NCBI GenBank assembly: GCA_963833225.1
Contig: CAWHXD010000006.1
Span: forward strand, 310,846 to 374,845
Source of the DNA: an uncultured Chloroflexia bacterium
GTDB lineage: Bacteria > Chloroflexota > Limnocylindria > Limnocylindrales > CSP1-4
DNA: 64,000 nt
Direction: 5' to 3'
The translations under genes were made by a program, and so were the position numbers. Of this stretch, positions 61,239 through 64,000 are shown one piece after another. The stretch's first letter is position 1. The number at the start of each line of letters is the position of its first letter. Below the pieces are notes generated by a model. The model did not search any database. It was not told the DNA's origin and saw nothing but the letters and a program-made list of their open reading frames with translations.

Positions 61239-62128
61239 GCGAGCGCCTCGTTATGGAGCTCGAGCCCACCCTCACCGAGGAGGCGGAGCCAGGCGTCGGT
61301 GCCGACAGGCGTCGGACAGCGCCGGGGCTGCGGGTCGGCCAGGAGGGCCCGCAGCACCGATCGCTTGCGCTCGGCCGTGAGGCCGAGGATCTGCGCGTCG
61401 TAGCCTTGGGTCCGCAGATCGGGCAGCAGGACGACCCAGGCCTTGCCCGAGAGCCCGGGCCGCGCGATCCGGCGCCCGATGGCCGCGAGGCGCGCCGCCC
61501 GCTCGGGCGAGCCCGTTACGAACAGGACGCACCAGGTCCTCGACCACAGCGCCTTCTCATACCGCGTGAGCTTGTCCTCGATGACCGGACCATGCTCGGT
61601 CGCCTCGTCGATCTCGAGGCACAGGATGGTCGAGCCGGTCGACCCTGCCACGGCGAGGATCCCGTCGGGGTAGACGCCGCGGAGGGTGTCGTGGCACATC
61701 GACTCGGTGAGCCAGGCGGTCAGGACCGGACCCGGGTCGGGCTCGCCCTGCTGGGCCGCGAGCAGGGCGCACACGGTCTCGACCCCGTTGAGGCTGTGGC
61801 GGAGCTGGGTCCCGGCCCGGCCGCGGGTGAGCGGGCCGTAGTGGAGGCGGCGGCGCCCGCGGGGACTGATCCGGAAGGCGAACGGGGCACCGCCGCGGGT
61901 GACCGGGGGCAGGACGGCCCGTTCGAGGTAGCCCGCGCGGTAGAGGCGGGCGAGGCGTTCCTGCGCCGTCTGGCGGCGGTGGTAGACGAGGGTGGTCAGC
62001 TGGGTGGTCGTGGCGACGTCGGCGCGGTACAGGATGCGCAGGGCTGCGCGGTCGCGGTAGGTGAGCAGACCCGGGTCCACGATGGCCCGGGAGGGAGGCG
62101 CCGGCGCGGCAGCGAAGGCACCGATCAT
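61235..62128 (-). CDS. Replication-relaxation (Replic_Relax) family protein; start uncertain, ORF is open to 62290
   Basis: wHTH LTYRDRAAL..TTTQL..RLARL, LRHSL, YPDG, LEIDEATE, KLTRY. Confidence 0.82.
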   Translation of the reverse strand: MIGAFAAAPAPPSRAIVDPGLLTYRDRAALRILYRADVATTTQLTTLVYHRRQTAQERLARLYRAGYLERAVLPPVTRGGAPFAFRISPRGRRRLHYGPLTRGRAGTQLRHSLNGVETVCALLAAQQGEPDPGPVLTAWLTESMCHDTLRGVYPDGILAVAGSTGSTILCLEIDEATEHGPVIEDKLTRYEKALWSRTWCVLFVTGSPERAARLAAIGRRIARPGLSGKAWVVLLPDLRTQGYDAQILGLTAERKRSVLRALLADPQPRRCPTPVGTDAWLRLLGEGGLELHNEALA

Positions 62129-62961
62129 GGGTATGTGGGGTCCCTGGTCGGCGGCCGTCCCGATCGAGCACGAAACCCCGTGCACCGAAGGCGTGCCCGG
62201 AACACGGGCCGCTGCCCCCATCCCTGCCGGACGGGAGGCGTCGGAGCGACCGGTGTGGCTGGCGTTGCTGGTGCTGACGAGGGTGATCATGTCGTGGGCG
62301 ACCTCATAGAAGGACTGTGCGTACCTCGATTTCGACGGAGCTGGCCGCGTTCAAAGGTCCTGCGATCGGGTTGACCCCGCAGGTGCTCGCGCATGGGAGC
62401 TCCCACCTGGCCGACACCGGTCCGCCTGACCAGCCGCTGCGCAGGCGTCAGGCCGCTCGTCACGCGGGACCGTCTCCGGCCGCCGGGGCGTCACCCCTGG
62501 CGCGGTCGCGATGGGTGGCGACTCTACGGGACGAGGTGCGCCACCGGGACGGGTACCCGCGGACAACCGACGCGACGTCAGCCGCCGAGCTCCAACCGTA
62601 CGACGGCGTCCGCCTCGGCTCAAGGGGGGCTTGTGTACCGGCGTGCGTCACGAGGTTCGACCTGCAGAGTTGGCAGCCGGTCCTGAGGAGCGGCACGGAT
62701 CTGGACCTCGCGGTTCGCAGCGCCGCCGATCGATCGGGTCCTGCTCACTGGCGGCCAGTCGGGTGATACCGTGATCGCTCGAACGCCTTCCTCGCGCAGC
62801 GCGGCGACGCGTCCCGCGCGGCCGCCGGCGCCGAGATGAGCCTGACGAGTGCCCTCGTGGCCGGCACGTCGACCGTGGAGGCTGTTGACGCGGCATCAGA
62901 GACTCTGCACGAGGACGACCGCCAGCAGGACGACGCCGAGTTCGCCTCGAACCCGGGGTCA

Positions 62962-63795
62962 TGCCCGTGGGGGTCGAAAACCCGGATTCGATCACGCGGC
63001 GAGCCTGTGGTACTCGTGGACGAGCCCCCCGAGCAGGTCCCGCCGGTGGATGTGGCGCGGGTCAACCGGGATCAGCTCCTCGGCCGCTCCGAGCGGCGAG
63101 GCGAGGCCGAGAGCGCGGTGCGGTCGCCTGCGGTTGTAGTGGTCCGCGTAGATCCGGAGCGTCCCGTCGAGATCGGCCCGACCGAGGATCTGCGTCCAGT
63201 CGAGGCACTCGGCCCGCATCGTCTCGATCACCCGTTCCGCGTAGGCGTTCGCGTTTGGAGCCCGGACTGGGGTGCGGATCACCCGCATCCCCTCCGAGCA
63301 CAGCACCGCGTCGCGGTGATGAAAGCCCATCCGGGTCTCGTGACCTACAGCAAGGGTCGCGTCGAGCAGACTAGCTGGGACAATGACGGGCAGCCACACT
63401 GGGGCGGAGCCTGGGTCCAGAGCTCCGGCACGAACGGGATGAACTGCACGTCGGGCTGGGCCATGGAAGACAACAACGGCCATCGGTGGATGGTGACGGC
63501 CGGTCACTGCTTCCCGAACGGCAAGGCGACCAACATGGGGACATCGATCCGGGATGACGGATACAACAATTGGGGCATCGATGTCGCCCGGCTCACCGGG
63601 CACTCGTACGCCGGACGGATCTACGCCGATGGCGCCACGGGTGACCGGACCGTCGTCGCAGAGATCCTGATCCCGAGCTTGCGGAGCTCCCCGCGGATCC
63701 GCTGGTATCCCCAGCGCGGGTTCTCCCGGCCCAGGCGGACGACGAGGGCGCGGACATCGGGCCCGATCGGCGGCCGTCCGGGGTGGCCGACGGCT
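62962..63795 (-). pseudogene. Disrupted rve/integrase-core transposase remnant with one IS end
   Basis: [19 protein letters not shown] (63650-63790); PNANAYAER..ECLD..HYNRRRPH..LGGLVHEY (62992-63312); end-like CCCGTGGGGGTCGAAAAC at about 62964. Central DDE part is missing. Confidence 0.8.
63313..63650 (+). pseudogene. Internal fragment of an S1 (alpha-lytic-like) serine protease gene
   Basis: Hand translation from 63319: ..SWDNDGQPHWGGAW..CTSGW..MVTAGHCF..IDVARL; no GDSG follows. Confidence 0.7.
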
Positions 63796-64000
63796 GGCTG
63801 GCCGAGGTCGCCGCCTTCCTCGAGGGCGACGAGGAGCCGACCACCACCGGGTAGCGCCGACCGCTTCTGCACCTTTTGCCCCGGGCGAACGTCCGGGGCC
63901 CCTCTTCGTGCGGCGGCGTACGTGGCCATCCACGCACTCATCGCGGCACGTGGGCCAACGGTGGCGCCCAGCAGCCTCGTCCCCCACTGGGAAACCAACA

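Noticed and set aside
62300-62960. ORFs or oriT upstream of the Replic_Relax gene
   Set aside because: No recognisable protein motif or convincing nick-site/inverted-repeat pattern; probably debris.

Overview
Very GC-rich bacterial chromosome segment. Gene content and style suggest Chloroflexota (Limnocylindria-like) or an actinobacterium-like soil organism; this is inference only. Many otherwise intact genes are split by single-base indels, most simply explained as long-read consensus errors. In order: (1) 1-12 kb surface-glycan/envelope locus (GH18 multidomain protein, GT2, GT4, OafA-type acyltransferase, DUF3048, Wzm/Wzt-type ABC); (2) PPIase-mazG-rph-rdgB core genes; (3) an unusual arsenic operon with a MerR-ArsC fusion, acr3 and an orphan Hcp-like ORF, behind a MerR-type 19-bp-spacer promoter; (4) tRNA-Pro(UGG) flanked by structured RNA, then a ~13 kb copper-homeostasis cluster with two paralogous two-component systems and three copies of an 11-bp-period direct-repeat box; (5) core metabolism (icd, acyl-CoA ligase-GNAT, VKOR, M15 peptidase, LLM enzymes, SCO fusion, Lrp, PLP lyase, resB, PucR-GSI-GSIII); (6) an XRE-HTH/nuclease-fold gene preceded by three palindromes; (7) a yybP-ykoY riboswitch-controlled terC operon; (8) an integrative element at tRNA-Pro(CGG) encoding a Replic_Relax protein, a small coupled ORF and a large serine recombinase whose frame probably runs across the att site, followed by IS debris containing a serine-protease fragment. 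All family assignments come from motif recognition by eye; no searches were run.
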